In this document: piece by piece, positions 44,560-54,050 of the stretch
Numbering within the stretch: the first letter of the stretch is position 1
How the letters are laid out: the number at the start of each line of letters is the position of its first letter
Virus record (IMG/VR): IMGVR_UViG_3300034104_004986
Span: 1 to 57,358 of that record
Length of the DNA stretch: 57,358 bases
Direction: 5' to 3' (one strand)
Origin: a virus
Lineage: Duplodnaviria > Caudoviricetes
Position numbers and translations under genes: made by a program
The notes under the pieces: generated by a model
Databases searched by the model: none
Told to the model about the DNA's origin: nothing
The model's input: the letters and a program-made list of their open reading frames with translations, nothing else

Positions 44560-45327
44560 TTATATTCCTATATCTTTTGATGCAATTATTCTGTATTTAT
44601 AGCCTTTTTCAAAATAATCTTTTCCACTTGTATTAAAAGATGGGGTTGCGTCCAATGATGGAAAATCTAAATATACTTCTGGCTTCCAAGAATGCATAGA
44701 TATTTCAGTTTCCAATGTTTCCCATCTTGCAGGAGCTTTCTGTATTTTTTTTCTTTGAGCTTGAAAATATTTTGAATTTAAAAAGTTTGAGGCAGGTCTC
44801 TCATTAAAGGTTATAGTGACTCTTCCGTCGCCATAATCATTTGTAAGATAAAAATCTCCATTATTTGGATCTATATCGGATATATAAAACTTTGGATTTT
44901 TGGCTAAAACCTGATATGAAACATCTATATTTGTTTTAATTGATTTATCTTCTATTAAAACAGGTTGAAGCTCTGGTTCAGAAAAAACACTTGTAGTTGG
45001 TGTTGCAGCTGAAATGTATGTAAACGCAACTTTTTCGCTAGGAACAACTGCTCCAGCTGCGTCCAGAAGATTAACTAAATCTATATAATATTCTTGTTGG
45101 TCATCTAATGATATTCTCCAATAAAGAGTTATAATCCTAGATATTTGGTTATAATCTTTAATCGTATTTATAACCTGGAAAGGACTACTAACCAATTCTG
45201 GTGTTGAAGAATTTTTATATAATTTAAAATTTTCATTTTTAAGAGATGAAATTTTTATAGTTCTACCAAATTTAATTGATACACTATAATAACTAACTTT
45301 AGCTTGATCTATTAAATATGAAGCCAC
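44560..45327 (-). CDS. Hypothetical structural protein with two Ig-like segments
   Basis: GTG start with AGGAG SD; first gene after the capsid terminator and promoter motif. Confidence 0.55.
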   Translation of the reverse strand: MASYLIDQAKVSYYSVSIKFGRTIKISSLKNENFKLYKNSSTPELVSSPFQVINTIKDYNQISRIITLYWRISLDDQQEYYIDLVNLLDAAGAVVPSEKVAFTYISAATPTTSVFSEPELQPVLIEDKSIKTNIDVSYQVLAKNPKFYISDIDPNNGDFYLTNDYGDGRVTITFNERPASNFLNSKYFQAQRKKIQKAPARWETLETEISMHSWKPEVYLDFPSLDATPSFNTSGKDYFEKGYKYRIIASKDIGI

Positions 45328-45359
45328 CTAAACACTCCTAAAACATTATTAATGTAAGT

Positions 45360-45368
45360 ATAGTAACA
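45360..45368 (-). promoter_or_regulatory. Putative promoter element TGTTACTAT
   Basis: Repeat of the intergenic 9-mer, immediately downstream of the terminator. Confidence 0.5.
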
Positions 45369-45387
45369 AACGTTACTTAAATATGCG

Positions 45388-45419
45388 AAAGGGGGGCAGA
45401 GTTTTTACCTCTACCCCCC
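45388..45419 (-). terminator. Rho-independent terminator after the major capsid gene
   Basis: Minus strand GGGGGGTAGAG-GTAAAAA-CTCTGCCCCCC-TTT: 11-bp GC-rich stem with one G-U pair. Confidence 0.75.
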
Positions 45420-45425
45420 AGTCAC

Positions 45426-45457
45426 TAGGGTTTCGTAACTATAACGGACCCTAAGGT
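45426..45457 (+). other. Hairpin resembling 23S rRNA helix 69 and the following bases (antisense in the capsid mRNA 3' UTR)
   Basis: CGTAACTATAACGG-AC-CCTAAGGT vs conserved 23S CGTAACTATAACGG-T-CCTAAGGT. Confidence 0.45.
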
Positions 45458-45460
45458 TTA

Positions 45461-46522
45461 TTAGTTACCGATGTTGTTAGTAACACTGACCTCGTAGTTA
45501 CGGGCTAGTCTAACATTCTTAGCAACTGTGATACCTTCACCATCACCAAGCATCACGATATCGTAACGCTCTTTCATCTTCATCGAGCGAATGTCACGGC
45601 TTGCATCATCGAATTGATCTGTGCTCATGTCATCCTTAACAAGAAGTGTTCCCACTTCATTGCGGTCGATGAGGAATAGGTCTGATTTTGCTGGAGTTGA
45701 ACCATTCTTAGCTGTAAAGCTTACGAATGGTGAAACCAAAACATTGAGACCCATAGGTGCGGTTGCATTAAGTGCTCCATCTGCTGATTGAGGACGGTAG
45801 CCCCAGCTTGTGCCAACAGCCGAAGCTGCGCCACCTGCATGGAAGATGCTGTCCTTGAGGAAGATGGACCACATAAGTGGGTGAAGGATGAAATCAGTTG
45901 GAATATGATTTTCAGCCATCAGTACTGCTGCCATGTCAACAATGTCATCCCAGGTAACTGTTAGATTAGCTGCGCCATCTACGTCCTTACCTGTTGTGTC
46001 ATCGTAGCTACCGCTATCGTTATCAAAAACGATAGTTGCAGCGTCTTTGAAACGACTTAATGCAATTTGTTCTTTGAGACGAGCCATTGCACGGCCTGCT
46101 GCACGAACATGTAAACCAACAATGTCCCAAAGTGAATCGGCTATAACCTCTTCGGTGAAAGCTAACTTTACACCCTTCTTTGAAACTTTGCCTTCTACTT
46201 GCTTTGCAAAGGCGAGCGCTTGCTCTGGATATTCTTGACCCTCAGGTATTTCTGCCGCTTGAATTGCATTGACTGCTGGAAACTCCAAGGAGCGCCCCTT
46301 GCCAAGGCGAACTGTTGAGAGAAGTGGAGTCACTAATAATTGTGGCTCCGCTGCTTCTTTCAGAGTACGAGAGATAACTTTAGGAAAAAGTGCTGCTGCA
46401 TCAGGTGATGCAAAAGCTTCCTTAATTGTTACTCTGTTGTCTCCGTCGATGTACCCGTCCTCAGCCATTGCGGTTTCCCAAGCTGGGAGACCTGAGAGGA
46501 GTTCTTGGATTGTCTTACTCAT
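45461..46522 (-). CDS. Major capsid protein (HK97 fold)
   Basis: 353 aa after protease and decoration genes; AAEIPEGQEYPE, KKGVKLAFTEEVIADSLWD, FILHPLMW; followed by a terminator. Confidence 0.9.
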   Translation of the reverse strand: MSKTIQELLSGLPAWETAMAEDGYIDGDNRVTIKEAFASPDAAALFPKVISRTLKEAAEPQLLVTPLLSTVRLGKGRSLEFPAVNAIQAAEIPEGQEYPEQALAFAKQVEGKVSKKGVKLAFTEEVIADSLWDIVGLHVRAAGRAMARLKEQIALSRFKDAATIVFDNDSGSYDDTTGKDVDGAANLTVTWDDIVDMAAVLMAENHIPTDFILHPLMWSIFLKDSIFHAGGAASAVGTSWGYRPQSADGALNATAPMGLNVLVSPFVSFTAKNGSTPAKSDLFLIDRNEVGTLLVKDDMSTDQFDDASRDIRSMKMKERYDIVMLGDGEGITVAKNVRLARNYEVSVTNNIGN

Positions 46523-46550
46523 CTTAGGATTATTCCTCCTGTTATCTTTC

Positions 46551-47312
46551 TTATATTGTCAAATTGACGCGGAATGCGCCAATAACATTGTGTACGTCCA
46601 GGTTAGAACGAATACCTAGCTTGCCCGAGAAGCTTCCTGCGCGGGTTAACTCATACACGGTCTTAAGTGCACCTGGATCTGATGGCAGCTGCATGTAAGA
46701 GAGAAGACCATCGTCGAAGTTTGTTGCAAACTTCTCTACTTCGATAACCTTACCTACCATGAGCCATGGATAGTCTGCAGCGTCACCATCTGACAAAGCA
46801 ACGGGGCGACCCATTGAATCAGCAGCAACCATGCTACCAACAGTAACATCAGCATTGACAGCTGCAACCATTGGGTACTCAACATATCCGTGAGTAATAA
46901 AACCGGCACCTTGTGAAGTACCCTTATCGAAAGGACGATAAAGGTCGTACTGAGCTACGCCGATTGGAAGAGATCTAGCAGCAACTGAAATTGTATCTGT
47001 TGCACCAGAGCTATAGTTTGGAGTAGCACCATCGAGTGGATCCCATGACGATGGCATGGTGTCTCCCCAAGCCTTTGAAGAGCCTGTTCCATTTGCAGGA
47101 ACTACTCTAGCATCACCATTGGCATCTGCTACTACTGAAAGAATGGTACCCTTTGTGATTACGATCTCAAAGCGATCGTCTTCACTGTCCAAATACCAAG
47201 TTGGAAGACCAGGATGTGGAAGCAAATAAGCTGCTGGGGCAATGCCCTCAGAAACTACAAAGCGACCTGAACCAGTCTTCGTACCTACCTTGCGGAATTT
47301 TGCTAAACTCAT
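46551..47312 (-). CDS. Capsid decoration/cement protein
   Basis: 253 aa between scaffold and MCP; strong AAGGAG SD. Confidence 0.6.
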   Translation of the reverse strand: MSLAKFRKVGTKTGSGRFVVSEGIAPAAYLLPHPGLPTWYLDSEDDRFEIVITKGTILSVVADANGDARVVPANGTGSSKAWGDTMPSSWDPLDGATPNYSSGATDTISVAARSLPIGVAQYDLYRPFDKGTSQGAGFITHGYVEYPMVAAVNADVTVGSMVAADSMGRPVALSDGDAADYPWLMVGKVIEVEKFATNFDDGLLSYMQLPSDPGALKTVYELTRAGSFSGKLGIRSNLDVHNVIGAFRVNLTI

Positions 47313-47338
47313 TTTTATATCTCCTTATTTCTGATAAT

Positions 47339-48947
47339 TTAGAGTTTACGTCTGCCCATAAGGGCATCTACGAAAAGCTTCTCAAAAGCATCTTCTTTAG
47401 ATTCTACTCTTTGAGACTCTTCTGCATCTACGTTTACAACATTCTCCTCATTGCTTACTACAAGCTCTGATTCGATTGTTGGTATAGATGTAGATCTTGA
47501 TGAAGCAGCTGGAAGCTTAGCTAAATCTCTCATTGAATCAGCTAAAGAAGAAGCAGTTCTCTTTAGGTGATCTTCAATAAGATTTTCTCTTTCTTCTGAT
47601 GCTTCAAGTCCTAGACCGATTTTTGTGTCTACAACTCTCTCAACTAGTGTTTTATGAAGTGCTGCTTTTAAGCGAGCGTTTTCCTCTTCAAGAGACTTGA
47701 CTTTGTCATTTAACTGGGCAGTGTCTTGCTCAACGTCATCAATTTTTTCCGCATTGAGTTCATCGGCTTGCTCAGCAGCCTCTTGAGTTTTTTCATCTGA
47801 TTTTGCTTCTTCGGCATCAGATGACTCTTTTGTTTCTTCAGCTTCTTCCGAATCAACAGCTTTTTCAGCTTGTTCATCGGCTTTTTCTGAATCATCATTG
47901 GAGCTCTCTGGAGCATCTTCACCATTTTCTGGCTCTTGCTCTTCTGTAATTTCTTCTGCTTTTGAATCCTCTTCTGATTCTTCCACTACTTCGCTAGTGG
48001 ATGCAGCTATACTTGAAAGATCCTCACTAAGCTCTTCTGCTACTGCGAGAATATCTTCGTTTTCTTTGACATCGTCCATTTTATGGGTCTCCTCAGAATT
48101 ATCTGTCTTAGAGTCTTCATTTGATAGTAATGAAGAATCATTATTATTACCTTTTTCGCTTTCTTCGAAAGCTAAAGCAGTAAGAAATGCACCTTTTAAG
48201 TGTAAATAAACTGGTTTTGATTCTTTTTTCTTAAGATTCTTTAATATTGACTCATTTTCCTGAACTGATACTATATCTTCAGTATCCATGTGAAGAACAA
48301 AAGCATTGCTCTTTGCTATCCACTGATCAGAGTCAGTTATCGTAGATGAACCGTCTATTGACTTTGATGATCTTACACCAGACCTTTGATCTGCTGGCTG
48401 ATTAACAAAAGAGTATTCCTTAAAAGATATCTCTTGCATATCTATGTATGCTAATTTACCTTTGTAGATTTGTCCCCTCTTAAACTTCGGCATCTTGGGT
48501 CTACCGTCTGCTGTTTCTGTCGCTAAGTCTTCTCCAGAAATTGAACAAACAGCTTTACCAGCTCTTCCCCCTACCGATCCAGTTAAGTATCTTTTGTCAC
48601 TGATTTTTTGTGCTGCTACTGGATCAGTAATTGCTACCTGTAATCTAACAAAAGGTGCGCCATCAGACTCTTTGTCCATTCTAGCTGCTATTACTCTACC
48701 AATTGGTTCTGAATTTAAATCATGATTAAGAATAATAGGCTTTGGGTATGGCTCTACCCAAGATTGAAGTGCTTTTTCTAATTCAATAGCAGAATAATTA
48801 TTATAGTTAGAAGTTAGTCCGCTCGTGTATTGCAGCGACTTCTATTATTAAACCATGTTTAGAATTAAAAGCTTCAGAAAAATCAAAATTTGACTCGGCA
48901 AAATTTGGCATTTCGACTGTGAAGTTTTCTACGAAATCAAATGACAT
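47339..48947 (-). CDS. Prohead protease-scaffold fusion (~535 aa); needs a +1 shift at CGG 48821
   Basis: ATG at 48947 with AAGGA SD: MSFDFVENF..EVAAIHE, then GLTSNYNNYS..KPIILNHDLNSEPIGRV..YLTGSVGG..EYSFVNQPAD (HK97-type protease His/Ser motifs). Acidic linker and coiled-coil scaffold C-terminus. Confidence 0.85.
48818..48821 (-). other. +1 recoding site CGG-A (codon 43)
   Basis: ATA CAC GAG CGG ACT AAC TTC TAA vs GAG C GGA CTA ACT TCT AAC TAT. Confidence 0.85.
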
Positions 48948-48979
48948 TTTGCTTCCTTTTATATATTAAATCTTAGACT

Positions 48980-48988
48980 ATAGTAAAT
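48980..48988 (-). promoter_or_regulatory. Putative promoter element ATTTACTAT upstream of the head operon
   Basis: Variant of the TGTTACTAT motif, 33 nt before the protease start. Confidence 0.4.
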
Positions 48989-49025
48989 TTGTTTTTATAA
49001 CATTGAACAATTTTATATAAATATA

Positions 49026-49805
49026 TCAAACTTTTATATAGTTATCAAGTTCTAGTTGCAATCTATTATCCCCAGTGGATAAAAATTGTTCGTACATCCT
49101 AGGTCCCATTATATGATTAGCATAGATGTAAGAAGCGGAATACAGTTCCATTCCTAACAATCCTGCATTCTTAGACCAGCCAAGATCCTCGCCTTGACTA
49201 TGCACTTCATAGTTAACTTGGCTGTAGGCATTTTTTGACATCATCTTTGCAGCCATGATAATGTCTGATTTAAAGTAAGATCCTATTGGATACTTTTCTT
49301 TTCTATATGCTTTTCCACCAATTTCATCTCTCCAAGACATTACGCTAGGAAAGTTTATTCCCATAGGAGTCATATACATTAGTGGGCTGACTGCATCTGC
49401 ACCTTGCTTTATATGAGATATTAATAGCTCTATTGTATTTGAATCTGATATTAAAATATCTGAGTCTAAGCTAAAATAATAATCCGGATTGTGATATCTA
49501 ACTCTATCTAAAATAGAATTCCTTAAAGAAACCATATTGTGATATTTCGATATTGTCCACTGTCTTGAATCTGGAGCGTGCTCAAAGTGTGGTATATCTG
49601 ATCTTTCATTGATCTCAAACAACTTTATTCTACTATCCATTTTTTTCCAAATGTTTAAAGAATTTATTGTGTTGTAATCTCCAGGAGAAACTTCAAATAT
49701 AAATCCAATATCAGAAATGTCAACAGATTGATTTAGAATACATCTAATCCAATGAGGCAAAATCCAATCTCTTTTGTATATTGGGCAGCCAATAATTAAT
49801 TTCAT
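49026..49805 (-). CDS. Glycosyltransferase, GT-A fold (GT2-like)
   Basis: IIGCPIYKR..ILNQ start; LRNSIL; DxD motif (FSLDSD); GEDLGW. Confidence 0.8.
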   Translation of the reverse strand: MKLIIGCPIYKRDWILPHWIRCILNQSVDISDIGFIFEVSPGDYNTINSLNIWKKMDSRIKLFEINERSDIPHFEHAPDSRQWTISKYHNMVSLRNSILDRVRYHNPDYYFSLDSDILISDSNTIELLISHIKQGADAVSPLMYMTPMGINFPSVMSWRDEIGGKAYRKEKYPIGSYFKSDIIMAAKMMSKNAYSQVNYEVHSQGEDLGWSKNAGLLGMELYSASYIYANHIMGPRMYEQFLSTGDNRLQLELDNYIKV

Positions 49806-49808
49806 AAA

Positions 49809-50198
49809 TTAAAGATTTTCTGTTTCAATTTCTACTTTTTGTGAGACTGGCTTTTCTTTTTGTTTTGCAGATTTTTCTGTTTTTATTTCCTGCTCTTTTT
49901 TTTCTTCTACAACAGGATTTTTATCTTCTACAATTTTTTCTTCTACAACAGGAGCAGTCTCTAATGTAGAGCTAGGCTTCTCGTCTTCAACATCTTCTTC
50001 TTCAGAAAGTGCTTCAACTATTGCATTAACTGTTTCATCTAATTCGTTAATCTTATTTAAGATTGGTATCAGAAGGTCTACTAACACCTGAAGCGCTAAA
50101 CGTGTTTGACCATTATCAACTACCGTCGCAAATATTTCAAAAGCGTCTTCGCTGTCAACATATGGAAGGCTTATGTCTGTTTTAAGTTCTATCGCCAT
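49809..50198 (-). CDS. Hypothetical acidic protein (129 aa)
   Basis: Co-oriented; overlaps the portal end; low-complexity E/K tail. Confidence 0.6.
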   Translation of the reverse strand: MAIELKTDISLPYVDSEDAFEIFATVVDNGQTRLALQVLVDLLIPILNKINELDETVNAIVEALSEEEDVEDEKPSSTLETAPVVEEKIVEDKNPVVEEKKEQEIKTEKSAKQKEKPVSQKVEIETENL

Positions 50199-51852
50199 TA
50201 TTTAAATCCTTTTTCTCATCTGTGTATACAACATTATAGTCTGATTCTAGTAAATTTTCAACAACACCAAGCCAAGATAAATCTGATCTTCTTATATCAG
50301 GAGAAGTTTTTCTTCCTTGTTGATTAGCTGGTCTTATTACATTTCCTGGACCTTTTCTATTGTTAGGAAGATTTCTTTGACCTTTTGATGCAGGTTGTTG
50401 TTTGTCTGAGTTATCTTTTTGATCAACAGTATCTGCTTTGGCAGCTTGCGTTACTGCGTTGGTTTCAGCTTGCGCTTTAGATATATCTATCTGAACTTTT
50501 CCTTGAATAGAAGGGAATAGGTCAGAATCATCGACTTCAGAATCAAGACCCAATGCACTTCTAGCTTCGCTTAATGTTATCACCGAGTTTGTATACTTTT
50601 GAACTATGTGAGTTTCTTTTTTAACTTGTGTATCAACATCTATTTCATTAAATTTAAAGTAGCAACGATCAGATGTTCCCTCCATAAGAGGGTTTGCCAC
50701 TGGATCAAATCCGCCTTCAAAAAGAAGTTCATTTAATATATGGACTCTTACCATCTCCGCAAATAGTTTTTGATACTGCTTTATCTTGTCGTAAAGAGCT
50801 GTATCAAGTCTATCTGTCATGGATCTATTGCCGCCATTCATACTCATCCCAAGATGATGAGGTGCTAAACCAAGACCAACTGCAACTCTTTCTTTAAAGT
50901 GCTCTAGGTAAGGAGAAGCATTTAATGCCGAATCTTGAGCACCAATTACCTCTATGTCGTGTCTATATGGAAGTATTAGACCACCTTCTGCTCTTAGATT
51001 TTCAATTTCTATTGCAGCGTTTTCTATTTCTTCTGGCTCAGCTGGTTGTTCTGGTGTACCTATTCTGTATTTATATAACGGGAACAATTCTCTATGAACT
51101 AAGTTTTGTATGTCCTCTTCTATTTGTCTAAGTGCGACTATATCGTCTAAGACTGTACTTAAAAAGGGTGTACCAAATGCTCTACCAGTTTTTCTGTCAA
51201 AGAACATGTGAACTACCCTATCAGCACTCCAAACTGGATCTCTATCAGTTGGCGAATAGGTTAATGGGTCTGTAGCTTGCTGGTAAGATTTTGGTCTATT
51301 ATATTTGTCTCTAAGAATTCTAACCTGTTCAGTTGGAATTAAGTAATAACCAACTACTGGCATAGTCGCTGAAACTGGTGTTAGTTTTTCTGGAAAATAT
51401 TCACCTATATCGCCTCTAGCTTTAACTATAAAAGCATTACAGAATTTGAATAACTGATCAGATACTTCTAGCAAGAAATCGACAAATGGCCTTTTCATAG
51501 CCATTTCCATAAAATCTATTCTTTGATACAAGTAAGCTACCGCATCTGGGTTTTCGCCAACAATCTGCCAGCCTTCTTTCCAGAACAGCTCCTTATACTT
51601 TCCTATCGCTTGTTTTACATACGAGTCTGTATCTGAAGCTTGTATTATTCTTTCAAAGTCATATGGAGCTGGCTCAAAGTTGCTTCTACCAGTATAAAAG
51701 TAATTTGTGCCCTGATACCCCAATGCAAGTGCAGCGACCTTCATAGTCTTAGAGACCATCTTTACGTCATCGCCACTTATAGTTTTCGCTATAATATTAT
51801 TTTTTGGAAACTTTTCTATATTGCGAAAAGGTATATATTCTGCTAAGGGCAT
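50182..51852 (-). CDS. Portal protein
   Basis: 556 aa upstream of head genes; VVHMFFDRKTGRAFGTPF, VAVGLGLAPHHLG, ITLSEARSALG. Confidence 0.85.
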   Translation of the reverse strand: MPLAEYIPFRNIEKFPKNNIIAKTISGDDVKMVSKTMKVAALALGYQGTNYFYTGRSNFEPAPYDFERIIQASDTDSYVKQAIGKYKELFWKEGWQIVGENPDAVAYLYQRIDFMEMAMKRPFVDFLLEVSDQLFKFCNAFIVKARGDIGEYFPEKLTPVSATMPVVGYYLIPTEQVRILRDKYNRPKSYQQATDPLTYSPTDRDPVWSADRVVHMFFDRKTGRAFGTPFLSTVLDDIVALRQIEEDIQNLVHRELFPLYKYRIGTPEQPAEPEEIENAAIEIENLRAEGGLILPYRHDIEVIGAQDSALNASPYLEHFKERVAVGLGLAPHHLGMSMNGGNRSMTDRLDTALYDKIKQYQKLFAEMVRVHILNELLFEGGFDPVANPLMEGTSDRCYFKFNEIDVDTQVKKETHIVQKYTNSVITLSEARSALGLDSEVDDSDLFPSIQGKVQIDISKAQAETNAVTQAAKADTVDQKDNSDKQQPASKGQRNLPNNRKGPGNVIRPANQQGRKTSPDIRRSDLSWLGVVENLLESDYNVVYTDEKKDLNNGDRT

Positions 51853-51914
51853 CTGAGACTCCTGGTGTAAATCTATACTAAAATAGTATTTTAAAAACTA
51901 ATCTTTTAAACTTA

Positions 51915-52091
51915 TTAGTTTTCTTCTTCAGCAGTTCGGGAGAATGCGTTTTTTAAGATAAGATCTTTAACCGCTTCTAGCCAAAAAATTGTTTCAGCTT
52001 CAGAAAAATCACTTCTATAAGATAGATTCTTGTCGCTTATTTTAATTTCTACCGAAAATTCTTTTTGCTGTTCAACATCATTCGAAGTCAT
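51915..52091 (-). CDS. Hypothetical protein (58 aa, below the track cutoff)
   Basis: MTSNDVEQQKEFSVEIKISDKNLSYRSDFSEAETIFWLEAVKDLILKNAFSRTAEEEN; AAGGA upstream; fills the gap. Confidence 0.6.
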   Translation of the reverse strand: MTSNDVEQQKEFSVEIKISDKNLSYRSDFSEAETIFWLEAVKDLILKNAFSRTAEEEN

Positions 52092-52290
52092 CTGTTGTTT
52101 CCTTTTTTTCTTTCTGTTTTTTATCTTTTGCTTGCAGTGTGTGTAGATATGAATTCAATTCTTGTATCTGGTTATTTAAGTGCTTAATTACCGCATCTTT
52201 AATAACTAAGTCTGCTAGCATTTGGTTGATTCTTTCTTGGAAAGATTGAATCACTAAATTTGCGTCTAAATTTGGCTCTGCCTGTTGCAT
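52078..52290 (-). CDS. Hypothetical coiled-coil protein (70 aa)
   Basis: GAGG SD; heptad-like pattern. Confidence 0.6.
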   Translation of the reverse strand: MQQAEPNLDANLVIQSFQERINQMLADLVIKDAVIKHLNNQIQELNSYLHTLQAKDKKQKEKKETTDDFE

Positions 52291-52330
52291 TGGTTCCTCT
52301 CATTAAAGACTTCCAATAATGATACCATAA

Positions 52331-54049
52331 CTACCAGTATTTTACATCAACTTTTACGTAATTATAATTCCAATATCTTTCATATACTTGTACGTCAGTT
52401 ACGCTAGCTTCATATCTATCATCGCCACTAATTGCTTGCTCTAAGCTCCATAAAGTTAATCTTAAATAATATTTTCTACCCTCTGCTTGAGTATAGTTTG
52501 GACTAAAATTATATATATCCCAATCACCTGTATTGTTAACGGTTGAAGTTCCTATGTATTTAACTCCCCCTGTAGAAGATGACCCTTGCCACTGAGTAAC
52601 TCCATTGGAGTCTGCCAATCCAACATGTAAGGCATAGCTTTGATTATATCTGCTTCTAACTCTTATCTGTGTAATTTCTGTATATCTAGATGATGCTGCA
52701 ACCCCTATTGTTCCTCCAACGTGTCTAGCTTGAACCCATGGTTTGCCAGTGGAGTTGAAACTTAAACTAGAGTTATAAGGAGCAGATACCCATCTAGTCG
52801 TATTATTATTATCTCCGGAATAACTAGCTAAATATATATTTGAATAAACACTACTTCTTTCAAAGCCTCCATCATAGCCAAAGTTAACCCAAGCTTCGGT
52901 CGACTGCCATCTGTATCCAAAAACATCCTCTTGGGAAGTATTATCTGTAGTTATGGGTGAAGAAAAGGGTCCATATGTTATGTCTCCTGGTATATCACTA
53001 AGACCGACAGAAACTAATCTAGCTTTATATGATGTATTTTTAAGTAGTCCACTAAATTCAAAAGACAACGTTTGTAAACTATCAACTACATCAAATGAAT
53101 CACTGTCTGACTCTGATTCTGAAGATCCAGAGTTTAACCAAATTTCATAATAACAGTAACTATTGTTGGCTCCACCATTGTAATTACATGATGCGGTTAC
53201 ACTTCTTGTTATATCATCCAAAGATGCTTCTTCTGCATCTATTTGGGATTGTAGTATATAATTATCTATCGAATTCCAACCATCAAAACCTTTTATCAAT
53301 GTTGGAGCAGGTGGTGTAGGAGGAGATGTATATATATCATCAAGTGAAGCGTCTGCTGAGTTTAAAGCAGTGTCTTCAATTCTGACCAATATGTTGTAAG
53401 CTGTAGCTACCGATAATCCAGTAAAAGTATATTCTCGTACAGATGAGTTGTAAACATAATCCCAAGTAACACCATCATTTCTAGAAAAACCCCATCTGTA
53501 GAAGTCTATTGGAACTGAAGCTATAGTCCAAGAAACTTTAATAGAACTTTGTGTAACCAGTACAGCTTCAAGATTATCAGGAGATGAAGGGTTAAGATTT
53601 GTAGTTGTTGTATTTACATAACCTTGACTATATTGATTTTGTTCATCATATATTCTTACGTAAAGGTTATAGTTTGTTAATTCTGATAAACCACTAAAAG
53701 TATATTCTCTTAGATCCCCATCAGATGTGTCGCCAAACCAATTTGTTCCATCAATGCTAAATTGCCATTTTAAAAAATCTGCAGGAACTTCGTCTTTTGT
53801 TTGAAGAGACCAACTTATCGTGACATAACAAGTTGTTTCTGATTCGTCTGCGCCTTTATCTTGAACTTGTATATTTATTGGAACACTTGGATATCTATCC
53901 CAAGCTTCAATCCAACCTGAAGATGTTTTAGCCCAAACTTTTTCTGCGTTTACCCATTCTTCATCTGTTTTGACAAAAAATTCAGTTTTATTTTTTTCTA
54001 CTTCTGACCAAGTATTTGATGGGGTTCTAAGATAAATTCCTTTTGGCAT
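52331..54049 (-). CDS. Fibronectin type III repeat virion protein, putative receptor-binding/adhesin
   Basis: Two to three FN3 repeats (YTFSGLSELTNYNLYVR; YTFTGLSVATAYNILVR; FSGLLKNTSYKAR); Trp-rich N-terminal attachment motif; discoidin-like C-terminus. Confidence 0.7.
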   Translation of the reverse strand: MPKGIYLRTPSNTWSEVEKNKTEFFVKTDEEWVNAEKVWAKTSSGWIEAWDRYPSVPINIQVQDKGADESETTCYVTISWSLQTKDEVPADFLKWQFSIDGTNWFGDTSDGDLREYTFSGLSELTNYNLYVRIYDEQNQYSQGYVNTTTTNLNPSSPDNLEAVLVTQSSIKVSWTIASVPIDFYRWGFSRNDGVTWDYVYNSSVREYTFTGLSVATAYNILVRIEDTALNSADASLDDIYTSPPTPPAPTLIKGFDGWNSIDNYILQSQIDAEEASLDDITRSVTASCNYNGGANNSYCYYEIWLNSGSSESESDSDSFDVVDSLQTLSFEFSGLLKNTSYKARLVSVGLSDIPGDITYGPFSSPITTDNTSQEDVFGYRWQSTEAWVNFGYDGGFERSSVYSNIYLASYSGDNNNTTRWVSAPYNSSLSFNSTGKPWVQARHVGGTIGVAASSRYTEITQIRVRSRYNQSYALHVGLADSNGVTQWQGSSSTGGVKYIGTSTVNNTGDWDIYNFSPNYTQAEGRKYYLRLTLWSLEQAISGDDRYEASVTDVQVYERYWNYNYVKVDVKYW

Positions 54050-54050
54050 A

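Noticed and set aside
45426-45457. rRNA gene fragment or contamination
   Set aside because: Similarity is limited to ~24 nt in phage intergenic context; kept only as a possible mimic/antisense element.
450-53319. Numerous plus-strand ORFs in the track (e.g. 8175..8582, 22629..23030, 40300..40749) and short nested minus-strand ORFs
   Set aside because: All lie within long minus-strand genes as antisense or alternate-frame shadows and have no recognisable motifs.
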